The notes beneath the pieces were generated by a model, which was not told the DNA's origin, did not search any database, and saw only the letters and a program-made list of their open reading frames with translations. From the IMG/VR virus record IMGVR_UViG_3300017650_000009: 64,000 nucleotides of DNA, one strand, 5' to 3'. Below are positions 8,183 through 18,661 of the stretch, piece by piece. Origin of the DNA: a virus. Its lineage: Duplodnaviria > Heunggongvirae > Uroviricota > Caudoviricetes. Within the stretch, counting starts at the first letter, position 1; the number at the start of each line of letters is the position of its first letter. The position numbers and the translations under genes were made by a program.

Positions 8183-8363
8183 CTACCTGTGAGTTCCAGC
8201 AAAAATGTTACAGTTTCGTAATATTTGTTGTTAGCTGCTTGGAATCACGTTGACAAAAGCAAAAAACATATAAATCAAACCGTTTTTACGGTTGGCAAGT
8301 TATTGATTTTATTGATGTCAATAACAAAGTTCGTTCAAAACCACTTTAATCACAGTCTTTACG

Positions 8364-8391
8364 TTGACATTATAGCATAAGGAACTACATT
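8364..8391 (+). promoter_or_regulatory. Early promoter
   Basis: TTGACA-N16-TACATT. Confidence 0.6.
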
Positions 8392-8462
8392 AAGAGCATG
8401 AACAGCACAAAACGGTGCAGTTCTTAAACAGCGCAACAGGCGCATATTTAAGGAGATCGAAA

Positions 8463-8831
8463 ATGGAAAACGCAACTGCAACTGAAACGAAGACCATCGG
8501 CCTGTCCTTCAACGGCAATGCTGTATCGGCTTTCTTGAACAAGATGCCATCGAGCAACCGCTTCCGTGTTGCAAACCACGACGGCGTAATGTTTCTCCGT
8601 CCGACGGATCGCAAGAAGGGTCCTCATGTGTTTGCGGACTTTATGCAGACACCCCAGGCCGGCAGCACACTTCGTGTTCAGCTCACCGACGCACAACTTG
8701 ACAAGCTCGGCATCAACATTGAGCAGGGCCAGAAGTTCGGTGTTCAGCAGGATCGATACGGCTGGTTCTTCCTCACTTCGGACGATTCCGGTATCGAAGG
8801 CGCAAAGGCAACGGTGGTCAAGGGTCAGTAA
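8463..8831 (+). CDS. Small protein, paralogue of 7676-8005
   Basis: AAGGAGATCGAAAATG RBS; shared motifs with 7676-8005. Confidence 0.8.
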   Translation: MENATATETKTIGLSFNGNAVSAFLNKMPSSNRFRVANHDGVMFLRPTDRKKGPHVFADFMQTPQAGSTLRVQLTDAQLDKLGINIEQGQKFGVQQDRYGWFFLTSDDSGIEGAKATVVKGQ

Positions 8832-8863
8832 AAACTCTTAACTCGGAATGCCAGCACACAACA

Positions 8864-8890
8864 AAAAAGCGGGACATTGTCCCGCTTTTT
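8864..8890. terminator. Bidirectional intrinsic terminator between convergent genes
   Basis: AAAAAGCGGGAC-att-GTCCCGCTTTTT. Confidence 0.85.
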
Positions 8891-8896
8891 ATTTCT

Positions 8897-11800
8897 TTAA
8901 AGTTTTCTAATATATGCGGCGCCTGCACCTGGAGTAATTTGGTTTTCACCATTTTTATCCCACTGATGCCCAGGGACACCAATAATAAGATTACCACGTG
9001 GATCAATATCAACGGCATAACCAAACATATCATCAACATCGCTTGCATTGGTCATTGGTGTGCCATCCTCATTTAGGAAACCAATAATATCAGTACCCGC
9101 ATCCCACTGACCCGCGACACGCTTATATGCGGTGATGATACCCTTATTTGAATCATCTGTTGGCTGACCAACTACTAGGATATTATTGTTAAAGCCCAAT
9201 AGTTTCGCACCATCAAGTTGTTCAACAGCAAGATCAAAAGTCTTATCCAGAGTTAGATTTGCACCATCGAACACGAATACATGTACTAGGTCGCGACCGG
9301 ATTCAGCAATTGCAACATTGTTTGTGACATTATCAATCGAAACATATGCGCCGAAACGTGCAAAGTTATTACGTTCTGGAGCAACAAATTTTCCAAGTAA
9401 TGGGAAACCGTTTGTACGAGCATAAATCCAAACCGCACCCGAACCTTCCATACTATTGAGTCCCTGTTCATCATATGCATGTTCAGGAGAACCAACAACC
9501 ACATAAGCACGGCTTGAGCTAATTGATGCACCAAACATATCGCCTTCACCGCGGCCATTTGTCGCGCCCAAGGCACTCAAATAGCTGTCAAATGTAAAGT
9601 TACCAGCATCACGCTTGAACAATGCAACTGCACCAAAGTGTGACAAACTATCTTCGGCGGCAGTACCATTACGCATTGGTATACCAGCAACAGCACGGTT
9701 TGCATCAGCAATTGCTACACTCTCAACGCTTGCTAGTTCGTTACCTTCAAGACCTGGGATATCCTTGGTAATTGTTGAACCACCCAACGAAGCCCATTCG
9801 CCCGGTGCAACACGCTGGAACATTTCAACTCTGTTATCCGTTTCATCGGACTTACTTGTGATGATGTAATTGTCACGACCACCAAGTGTTTGACCAAGTC
9901 CTATAACATTTGTAGTAAGCTTAACTTCTGGATTCCAATTTACACCATTATATCCGTAAACGAACAATGCGCCTTCAGTTGAAAGTGGAGCACCAGTAGT
10001 TGTGAATTTGTGGTAAGGACTTGCCGAAACGATGAAGTCCTTACCCGCAAATACTGACTTACCAAACATATCACCGGCTTGGATACCATTGCTGTAGCCG
10101 ATTTCGTTGAGTTCATACTTAGCAATTCCAAGAGAACCATCAGAACCATACAAATAGCCCAAAGCGTAACCAGCTGCCGGTAGATCAATTTGATTTCCAA
10201 ATCCAGTGTTGCCATCCTTGAATAGTTCGAATGCCATTGTTGTGCTTGGAATGACCAAACGTGACCCAGTTGTGCCAGTAAACTTACGTAGAATTTCACC
10301 AGTCTGTGACATCTCAATAAGCTTGTTCTCAGTTTCAACGCCCACGTATAGCTTTCCGTCCATCACGCTAAGGGAAGAACCCTGCAAGGTCCAACCATCA
10401 ACAAACGAAGATGCATACTTTGCAACATAAGGATATTTGCTACCAGTTAGTGCCGTGTTAGTGAATTTGAAAACGGCTCCAATATCAGTATGTGTAGTTG
10501 TCACACCATTTTCTTCAATTACGTCCTGACCTGGGGCACCAACAAAAATGTTGTTTCCGCTGATAGCAACCGATGTACCAAACTTGTCGTTCTCATTACG
10601 TGACCACATTGAACCATTGTATGTGAACTGAGTCGTCGGTAAGTTTGTTTCACCAGAAACGATCTGAATACCACCAATATTTTCTTCCTTAAACTGCGGT
10701 GAAGCCATGTTTAGGGAATACATTGGAGTACCCAAATAATAATTGGAACCAATTGCCGCTACACCCGTAGTACGCTGTTGTGATGTCGTGAAGCTTTGGG
10801 TTGTTTCAACATTGATAAGTTCTTCTGTTGGTTTATAAGACAAAGTCGAATAACGTTGTGAACCAAACCAGTTGTTTACCACTAGATTTGTTAGATCTAC
10901 ATTCATAGTGGAAATCATACGTCCACTAAGGGTGATAAATTTAGTTTCAGTATCACCACGGATGAAATCAAAATTATAGCCAAAGTATGCATTTGCTGTA
11001 CTAATTTTGTCTGTAATTTTTGACTGTAATTCCCAACTTCCATTGATCTTCTTGTAATATTGGATAGAACCAGAATTTTGAGGAAGAGTATCACCAGTTA
11101 TAGTTTGACTCGTTCCCGGCGCACCTATAAACAAACGGTTATCGTCAAAAATACGAGTCTTATATCCGAATCGTTCATTGGCAACACGCAAGTTTATCTT
11201 ACTTGGTGATGAATACAAACTATATCCGTTTTGGGCTCTATCATACGCTAGTTCAAAATTGTATGTCATACCGCCTGGCATACCATCCTTACGTGAATCA
11301 CCAGCAGTATTATTGCCGCCACCACCACCGCCGGCTGCGATAGCAATGACGTCACCGTTGAACGTAATATACGATGCACCACCGCCATAACCAGCATTTT
11401 GCACTGTAGCAGGAGTTCTAGATCTAGCTCCTGCACCACTCAATGCATCATAACGCAATTGTTCACGACTAGTATCGGCGTCAACAGAACGACCTCCTGA
11501 GCCACCAAGACCAATACGAACAAGCAAAGTATCGGTTTCGGAAACATTTAGGGATCCTCGAATAAAGCCACCCGCACCACCCAAAGCAGATCTTGGAGAA
11601 GTAGGAGCAGTAGTGAAACCAGCAGCACCACCACCTGCACCCCAAAGTTGAATATCAGCAACGGTTGCACCATTAGGAATGTTTACTGGTATTTCATCAC
11701 CAGTAGTACCAGCAACAGTTATAATTTCCCCAGTATTGAATGTTATAATTCCGTAACCATGCTTGCCGTTACGATTTGCAATATCCGAACTATATGTCCC

Positions 11801-14800
11801 ACCTGCACCAGTTGTATGATCAGCACTTGGCAGAACTGAGGTATTACCTGGACTCACTAATGCTTCCCATGATTCTGGCAATTTATTTGTACCACCAAAT
11901 GCGCCGTATGAATCCGTACGAGTTCCACCAGCAAATCCTCCAAGGGCACCACCGCCGCCGCCACCGGCAATGACTGAATCAGAAAATACGGTTTCGGCAT
12001 CACTACCCGCCATTATGCCTCGGTTGGTTCTCCAAACCCCATCAATATTTTTCAGTACCCCAATTGCTCCACTGTTGGCAAGAAGTGGATAGCCGTAAGA
12101 CGAGGCTAATGACATAACAATGTTTTCACCTGAAGGTTTAATAACCGCTTGGGTCAAGTTATTTTCCATAGCGTTCGAAGATGTCAACTTCCAAGTTGCA
12201 TTTTCTGCAGGTTCATAAACAAACGAAGCTATGCCAGGAGTCGAAACTACTAATTTCTCATCTGCCCAAGACATACTTGCGCCAAAAGAATTAGTAGAAC
12301 CCAAAGTTGGACTCATAATAAAGGAATGGTAATCATATTTTGATGTATGCGGATTCCATTCATAAACATAAATTCGACCCCAATTAGTATATCGTGTACC
12401 AGCAATTGATAATGACATTGTATTTGATGAACTAGACCAATACCAAGGGAATGCACCATCGAATGACGCAGCAATGGCCAATTTGGAACCATCCGGTGAT
12501 AGCACCATCGAACGCGCATAATCTAGTGTAAGATTATTTGAACTTAATGCTGTGGACAAAACGTGACCAGGTTCTAGAACATTTGCACCATTTTTAGTTT
12601 GTGATGTAATCGGGTTCGCATTAAAAGTCCACGACGTTGCCGATGTTGGACTAATCGTAAATGCGGCTCCATACATACGAGCCATAACATCTGGTGTTTC
12701 CGGATATGTTGGATTGGTGTTAGCCATAACAACTGTATTTGTTTTATTATCAAACAAAACGTTTTGTGTATTTGTAGAAGCAAATGTCATTGAATAACCA
12801 GCAACAGGAGCAATTGTTGTTGGCTGGAATGTATTTGAACTATCCAGCGTAAACATCGTCGAACCTGTATTGGTTGATCCTGCAAATAATACTCCATCAC
12901 CCATGCCTACGTTCAAGCCATTACTAGTCGTAGTTGTAGTTTCAAATGTAATTTTCTGATGAGCAGTAAAACTACCATCATCCAAAACATAGGTGTATAT
13001 ACCACCACGAGTTGGGTTAGTTACGGTGCCCATATAGTTGTACTTGTAATTCGGAACACCCACAGCAACACAACCCTTAAACACACTTACTGATGTGCCA
13101 AACTGGTCATCCTGATTTCGATTGTTAACAAAACCATCAATTTGATAAACCTGTCGAGTTTTTGCAGTATTATTTGTTACGGTTTCAAAATAACCAGAAG
13201 CTGGTCCTGATTGAGTTGCCCCTGGCGATCCAATGTAGAATAGGTTTCTAGAATCATCATACGCCATACCACTACCAAACAAAGCGTTTGATGTTGTATT
13301 GGTTACTATTACCGTATTTGCGAATGTAGCAGAAGGTCCAGTTCCAGAAGAAGTCAAAGTAAATGCCGCACCTGAATTATTGGATACTTTCTGAGAAATC
13401 ATAAATCCACTGTCAGCAAATCGTTCAATACGACTACCATAATATAGATTATTAGAAGGATTAGTAATACTAACTTGTTTTTTGTTCAAACGCCATGCGT
13501 GTTTAATATCGTCCCAATAATAGATGTATGCTGAACCATAATTAGTTCCAGTACTAGTAACCAATGGCGTTCCAGCATATGAATTACCAGTAGCACTAAC
13601 AATAAGGAATTTTTTATCATTACTAAAACGTACCACTTCACCGAAGAAATCGTTTCTAGAACGCATCAATACTTCATTTTCATATGTTGTATTATAGTTT
13701 AGAGTTCCATAATCGTATAAACCAGCAGACATAAATGGTACAACATATGTAGAAACCGTGGTTGCCCATGCGGCTGTTTCACTTGTACGGGTACGCTCGT
13801 TGAATGCACCAAAACGATATGGTATGTTACTCGTCGTGTAAGTTCCACCAAACGCAGGAGCACCCATAATGATTTTAGTAGGCGAAATCATTACGGCAGA
13901 ACGAGTAGTGAACGAAGGTGCAGAATTTAGTTCATTCTGATATTTCCATTTTGAGCCATCATAGTTAAAAATTCTGGAATACCCGGCCATACTCGTTGTA
14001 TTTGTACCATAACTTGTAAGAATTGCAAATTCACCATTAAGATCTACGGTAGTTCCATATAATGTTCCTGTTGCAATATTTGTTTCACTCATCAATTTGG
14101 ATTTAAATGCCCACGAATTGCCGTCCTTAACAAACATAAATCCAGCACCAGTTTGATTAGCCGTTGCGCCAGAATCAAGCAAATTGTATCTAGGTGCGCC
14201 AACAAGTAGACGAGTGCCATCAGTGACCATTGATGCGCCAAACTCAGCAACCGTTCGTGAACTTACTGTCTGTTTTGTTTCGAATGTTGTTGGATTAATG
14301 GTATATTGTTGTGATGCAACATTCAATTCAAGCAAATTCAACTTACCAAAACTAATATTATTGTTCGAAGTTTGATCAGGGCTACCAACTACAATGTTAT
14401 CGGAATCTTCGAAGAAATTCAAAGATGAATTCAAATATGTTGTTGGTGCAAATGTTGTTGGACCTCTGTATTCAGTAAATCCAATATTATCTACTTGTTG
14501 AGTAAGTGTTAGTGACGTCCCATTAGTATAGACGAAAACTGAACTATTGGCATATGTTCCTGCAGATTGTGGTGTAGTTGATGTCCCAATAGTAACTTTA
14601 TTTCCTCTGGTATCAATTCGTGATCCAAAGAGCCAATTCTGAGAACTCGTAGGATACAAAGACTGAATATTCTTATATGCGACTTCAGGCGCACTATAAC
14701 GGAATACCTCAGTAGATCCCGTATAAGACGATGTATTGGTATTAGAATACAACGGTTTTGTATTTTTCGGACGACCAACAATGATATCAGTACCTGAGAT

Positions 14801-17800
14801 ACCAACAGCAAAGCCCATCATTTCACCAGTTTCATAATTCTGTCCATTGTCGCCAGGATATGACACTACATAAGCATTAGAATATGGACGGTTATTTGTG
14901 TCGTCTGGAATCAATTTGACGACTGCACCAGTGGCCGATTCACCCCAATTTGCACTTGTTGATGACAACGTTATGTTCGAAGACCAAAGTTCGTTATTAT
15001 ACAATACGAATTTACCATTAGTATTCACATATGGCCAACCATAAACACGGTTAGGAGAGCCGGCAGTTCCGGACCATGAAGCGCCAGTTGTAAGATCTAC
15101 GTTATTTCCGGAAAGACTAGTAGCCGGCATATACCAACTAAAAATTCCGTTTGATTTGGAATCAATGCACATTTTATTCCTAGTAGCCGGGTCAATACGT
15201 CCCAGAACATTACCATAATCCAAACCAAACTCACCTTTATAATTGTATGCTCCTGTAGCAGAATTAGTAACATTCGCTTGGAAATGTGCCAAATTCATAT
15301 TCAAAGTCACAGATCGAATTAGTCCGTATCCAGTTGAACCTTGCAAACTTAGTAAAATAGTATCATCAGGATTTGTCGTTATACCGATGCTTTGCAAAGC
15401 ATTATTGCCTGATCCCAAAGCAGGATTCACATAGCGATCAATCAATTTGAAATTATTTTGCACATCGTAAACCATAACAGAACCAGATGAATATCGATCG
15501 GTTCGAGTGGTGTCGATATCATAAAAAATACCCAAAGCACTAATATAAACTTTGTTATTACGAACAGCAACACTATCGCCGTAATTTATAGTACGCCATC
15601 CATTGCCCGACGCCAAACGAGGCAAGAAACTACCATTTGCAATAATCGGCAACGCATTGGTTGCCCAATTTGTTCCATCGAAAGTTTTGATATCGACTTT
15701 GCCTCGTTCGGACAATGACATATTATAAATTGGAGTTTCCAAGCTCGAACGGTTCGTACCTGCTTTGATTGGTACAAATCCGCTATATTTTGGTGCACCA
15801 GATAAGATTGTATTATCATCCAAAACCAACGTTGCTGAACCTCGACCAAATTCAGACTCAACCATTTGTTTTGTATCACCATTTGGATCCGGTGAGAAAG
15901 AAGCTTTATATGCAGCAATATTACGAACACGGAATTCACTCAATCGATAAGTTATACCGGCTCCATTACTAACAGTATTATTTGCACGAATAATATGAGT
16001 TCCCATATCAAACTCATATCCAGTGATATCATAAGTATTAGTGTGGATTCCATGAACATATGTTCTTAATTCATTACCATCTCTAACAATGGCTAGATGT
16101 TTCCATTCAGTAGTTTCGAAACGACCAATATCAAATTGCACCACTTTTGTATCAGTGACATCATTTAGTAATTCAAAATAAAGCATAAATGAACCGATAA
16201 TTGGTTCAGCACGATATTTGATATTCCAACTATTGGTATTCGCGGAGCCAGTTGTATTTTGAAACAATATACCATCAAGGCGATCAGTTGTAATCGAGCC
16301 CATAGCTTTTGAATTCAAAGCTACATATACTTCAAAAGTGAAATTATTAAGATTTGTAAAGGTCGTACCAGTAATTGTAGGACAACCAGTACCAGTATTA
16401 GATAGCGTGGTATTAAAATGTAGACTACGTCCATAACCAACCGTAGGTGTAGCAGGTGTAGAAAATGCCGTAATACCAACAGCATTAAATAATTGTGCTC
16501 CATTAGGTTGATTTACATTTGTACCATCAGCAGCAATACTCGTACCTCTTGCATACATCACAATGTCAGAATCGGAATTATCTAAAACTGCGCTAGTTTG
16601 TGTCCATACGCCTTCACTTAGTTTGAACACGTAACTAGCTGAGTTTCCTGACGCTTCAATTGAGATAGTATTACCTTTAATTGATATAGCATTACCAAAA
16701 CGAGAGTTTGCAGTTCTAAGACCAACTAGCTTTTGTACTTGGACCGGCGTGGAACTAACATCATATACCCATACCGAACCAGCATTAGTTACGAGATTAT
16801 CGCCATTTTCATCGAACCCATTTACACTGGAAACTAGCAATGTATCTGCATCAATAGCCAGTTTATGCCCAAAAAAGTCACTATTAGTGGATGCATTAGT
16901 ACCCGTAGGTATGATCTGTGCTTCTTGAACCCAGGAAGTCCCATCGAAAGTAAAACTATATACGGATCCTGGATACGAGGATGAACCATTAACACTAGTT
17001 GAACCAACAAAAAGTTTTGTTCCGTTAAACGCCAAACTGGTTCCGAAACTAGAGTTGGCTGCACGAGTAGTAGGAACTATTTTTTGGAAACGGGTCCATG
17101 TGTTCGCAACTAAACGATAAACCCAAACAGCACCAGCATTCGTTAATGAATTGGCTCCATTAGCGTCATGAGCATGACCTGGCCCACCCATGAATGCCCA
17201 TTCACCTGCAATAGCTACTGATGTACCAAAGTAGTTGTTGGCAGCTCGAACATTTGTGCCAGAGGTTGGAGCAAATTTAGAAACTTGTTTCCAATCAACA
17301 ATAGTAGTTTCTTCAACTGTTTCGACAAAATAATCATATTCTACGATTATCACACCATCGGTGCCTTTAGTAGTATCGGTTCCACCAATCCCATATGTAT
17401 CAAAAAATGAAGGAAGCTTGCGTTTATCACCATCAAAACAGGTTACGTTTTTTACATAGCTAGGATTTGGACCGAACCCCGGTGTGACTTCAGCCATACT
17501 TGATCCACCAGACCCTGAGCCACCACATGCAAATGCTGTAAATGCACCTGTTGATCCTGCTCTGTAACCGTAAGCATTCGTACCAGCTGCACCGCCGCGA
17601 TAACCACCGCCACCTGCACCAGAATTGAATGGGTTGTCGACAAGTGTTCCGCTATTATAGGGAACAGCATTATCGCCACTCATATAAATCGGATCCATGA
17701 TGGTTTTACCACGGAGATTTGCACTATTTGCATTGACATAGTTTGTAGTCAAGTTACTATTTACGACGCCATAGATAAAATAATTCGGCGAGGACCATGC

Positions 17801-18595
17801 ATTGTTATAACCAATAACATAACGATTGGCTCCACGTGCGCGTAAGTCTACCACAACAGGATGTGTAGTCGCAGGAGAAGCTGCGCCATCACCAGCAACA
17901 AGACCACCATAACCTCCGGGACCATCTTTACCAGCGCCTCCACCGCCGCCCGCAGTTATCAAATCACCGTAAAGGATATCATGAAATGCTGATCGACCAC
18001 CACCAGAGCCACCTCGACCGTTAGGGGCAGTCAAATATCCGCCACCACCAATGGTACTAATTGTGCCACCAACTACGCCTCCCTCGCCAACAATTAGCTT
18101 ATAAGTCTTACCTGATTGAACATTGAAAGTCGCTTTTGTATATCCACCGTTACCACCTGCAAACGCACCATCAAGCGTGCCGCCGCCACCAGCACCGATG
18201 AGTTGAACTGTAACTTCTTTGACTCCTTCAGGAACAACGAAATCATATATTCCTGCAGTAGTATAAGTTAGTTTCTGCCTACGACGCTGTTTGGTGATTT
18301 TTGAACTTGGTTTTACAATTTTCTGAAATACCATTGCTCCGCCTGCATTTGCAAGCGTTGCTGTAACAGAATCATCATCTGAATAGCTGTATCCAGGAGC
18401 ACCAACAATAGTGAATATACCATCTGTTGCAACTGAATGACCAAACCTATCATTAGGTCGATAGCGACCAGAAACTGTTTCGATTGGAAACAGTGAACTT
18501 GTTTGGTTAAATGACTTCTTAGAGGCATTTGTTTTCGACTTGGATTTACCATTAAGGATCAAATCGTTATTATTGTTGGAAAAGTCTGTAGTCAT
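8897..18595 (-). CDS. Giant (3232 aa) FG-GAP beta-propeller virion protein with Gly-rich and LamG-like domains
   Basis: Many FGxSVA...VGAP...GAVxVY blades; two Gly-rich domains; WKHLAIVR...EFRV LamG motif; late promoter and GGAG RBS. Confidence 0.85.
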   Translation of the reverse strand: MTTDFSNNNNDLILNGKSKSKTNASKKSFNQTSSLFPIETVSGRYRPNDRFGHSVATDGIFTIVGAPGYSYSDDDSVTATLANAGGAMVFQKIVKPSSKITKQRRRQKLTYTTAGIYDFVVPEGVKEVTVQLIGAGGGGTLDGAFAGGNGGYTKATFNVQSGKTYKLIVGEGGVVGGTISTIGGGGYLTAPNGRGGSGGGRSAFHDILYGDLITAGGGGGAGKDGPGGYGGLVAGDGAASPATTHPVVVDLRARGANRYVIGYNNAWSSPNYFIYGVVNSNLTTNYVNANSANLRGKTIMDPIYMSGDNAVPYNSGTLVDNPFNSGAGGGGYRGGAAGTNAYGYRAGSTGAFTAFACGGSGSGGSSMAEVTPGFGPNPSYVKNVTCFDGDKRKLPSFFDTYGIGGTDTTKGTDGVIIVEYDYFVETVEETTIVDWKQVSKFAPTSGTNVRAANNYFGTSVAIAGEWAFMGGPGHAHDANGANSLTNAGAVWVYRLVANTWTRFQKIVPTTRAANSSFGTSLAFNGTKLFVGSTSVNGSSSYPGSVYSFTFDGTSWVQEAQIIPTGTNASTNSDFFGHKLAIDADTLLVSSVNGFDENGDNLVTNAGSVWVYDVSSTPVQVQKLVGLRTANSRFGNAISIKGNTISIEASGNSASYVFKLSEGVWTQTSAVLDNSDSDIVMYARGTSIAADGTNVNQPNGAQLFNAVGITAFSTPATPTVGYGRSLHFNTTLSNTGTGCPTITGTTFTNLNNFTFEVYVALNSKAMGSITTDRLDGILFQNTTGSANTNSWNIKYRAEPIIGSFMLYFELLNDVTDTKVVQFDIGRFETTEWKHLAIVRDGNELRTYVHGIHTNTYDITGYEFDMGTHIIRANNTVSNGAGITYRLSEFRVRNIAAYKASFSPDPNGDTKQMVESEFGRGSATLVLDDNTILSGAPKYSGFVPIKAGTNRSSLETPIYNMSLSERGKVDIKTFDGTNWATNALPIIANGSFLPRLASGNGWRTINYGDSVAVRNNKVYISALGIFYDIDTTRTDRYSSGSVMVYDVQNNFKLIDRYVNPALGSGNNALQSIGITTNPDDTILLSLQGSTGYGLIRSVTLNMNLAHFQANVTNSATGAYNYKGEFGLDYGNVLGRIDPATRNKMCIDSKSNGIFSWYMPATSLSGNNVDLTTGASWSGTAGSPNRVYGWPYVNTNGKFVLYNNELWSSNITLSSTSANWGESATGAVVKLIPDDTNNRPYSNAYVVSYPGDNGQNYETGEMMGFAVGISGTDIIVGRPKNTKPLYSNTNTSSYTGSTEVFRYSAPEVAYKNIQSLYPTSSQNWLFGSRIDTRGNKVTIGTSTTPQSAGTYANSSVFVYTNGTSLTLTQQVDNIGFTEYRGPTTFAPTTYLNSSLNFFEDSDNIVVGSPDQTSNNNISFGKLNLLELNVASQQYTINPTTFETKQTVSSRTVAEFGASMVTDGTRLLVGAPRYNLLDSGATANQTGAGFMFVKDGNSWAFKSKLMSETNIATGTLYGTTVDLNGEFAILTSYGTNTTSMAGYSRIFNYDGSKWKYQNELNSAPSFTTRSAVMISPTKIIMGAPAFGGTYTTSNIPYRFGAFNERTRTSETAAWATTVSTYVVPFMSAGLYDYGTLNYNTTYENEVLMRSRNDFFGEVVRFSNDKKFLIVSATGNSYAGTPLVTSTGTNYGSAYIYYWDDIKHAWRLNKKQVSITNPSNNLYYGSRIERFADSGFMISQKVSNNSGAAFTLTSSGTGPSATFANTVIVTNTTSNALFGSGMAYDDSRNLFYIGSPGATQSGPASGYFETVTNNTAKTRQVYQIDGFVNNRNQDDQFGTSVSVFKGCVAVGVPNYKYNYMGTVTNPTRGGIYTYVLDDGSFTAHQKITFETTTTTSNGLNVGMGDGVLFAGSTNTGSTMFTLDSSNTFQPTTIAPVAGYSMTFASTNTQNVLFDNKTNTVVMANTNPTYPETPDVMARMYGAAFTISPTSATSWTFNANPITSQTKNGANVLEPGHVLSTALSSNNLTLDYARSMVLSPDGSKLAIAASFDGAFPWYWSSSSNTMSLSIAGTRYTNWGRIYVYEWNPHTSKYDYHSFIMSPTLGSTNSFGASMSWADEKLVVSTPGIASFVYEPAENATWKLTSSNAMENNLTQAVIKPSGENIVMSLASSYGYPLLANSGAIGVLKNIDGVWRTNRGIMAGSDAETVFSDSVIAGGGGGGALGGFAGGTRTDSYGAFGGTNKLPESWEALVSPGNTSVLPSADHTTGAGGTYSSDIANRNGKHGYGIITFNTGEIITVAGTTGDEIPVNIPNGATVADIQLWGAGGGAAGFTTAPTSPRSALGGAGGFIRGSLNVSETDTLLVRIGLGGSGGRSVDADTSREQLRYDALSGAGARSRTPATVQNAGYGGGASYITFNGDVIAIAAGGGGGGNNTAGDSRKDGMPGGMTYNFELAYDRAQNGYSLYSSPSKINLRVANERFGYKTRIFDDNRLFIGAPGTSQTITGDTLPQNSGSIQYYKKINGSWELQSKITDKISTANAYFGYNFDFIRGDTETKFITLSGRMISTMNVDLTNLVVNNWFGSQRYSTLSYKPTEELINVETTQSFTTSQQRTTGVAAIGSNYYLGTPMYSLNMASPQFKEENIGGIQIVSGETNLPTTQFTYNGSMWSRNENDKFGTSVAISGNNIFVGAPGQDVIEENGVTTTHTDIGAVFKFTNTALTGSKYPYVAKYASSFVDGWTLQGSSLSVMDGKLYVGVETENKLIEMSQTGEILRKFTGTTGSRLVIPSTTMAFELFKDGNTGFGNQIDLPAAGYALGYLYGSDGSLGIAKYELNEIGYSNGIQAGDMFGKSVFAGKDFIVSASPYHKFTTTGAPLSTEGALFVYGYNGVNWNPEVKLTTNVIGLGQTLGGRDNYIITSKSDETDNRVEMFQRVAPGEWASLGGSTITKDIPGLEGNELASVESVAIADANRAVAGIPMRNGTAAEDSLSHFGAVALFKRDAGNFTFDSYLSALGATNGRGEGDMFGASISSSRAYVVVGSPEHAYDEQGLNSMEGSGAVWIYARTNGFPLLGKFVAPERNNFARFGAYVSIDNVTNNVAIAESGRDLVHVFVFDGANLTLDKTFDLAVEQLDGAKLLGFNNNILVVGQPTDDSNKGIITAYKRVAGQWDAGTDIIGFLNEDGTPMTNASDVDDMFGYAVDIDPRGNLIIGVPGHQWDKNGENQITPGAGAAYIRKL

Positions 18596-18601
18596 GAAAA
18601 A

Positions 18602-18650
18602 TGTCTCCAGGAATAATCAATATTTTGAGTATTTATACTTCCTGGAGACA
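18602..18650 (-). promoter_or_regulatory. Late promoter TATAAATA inside a 12-bp inverted repeat that sequesters the RBS
   Basis: Minus strand TGTCTCCAGGAA-gTATAAATA...-TTCCTGGAGACA, ending a few nt before the ATG. Confidence 0.75.
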
Positions 18651-18661
18651 CTGTAAAGTTG

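Noticed and set aside
8082-8192. 36-codon ORF after GAGGAG
   Set aside because: SD is only 1 nt from the ATG and the ORF runs through a terminator hairpin; cannot be supported
8250-8275. TTGACA at 8250 as a promoter
   Set aside because: No -10 at 16-18 nt spacing
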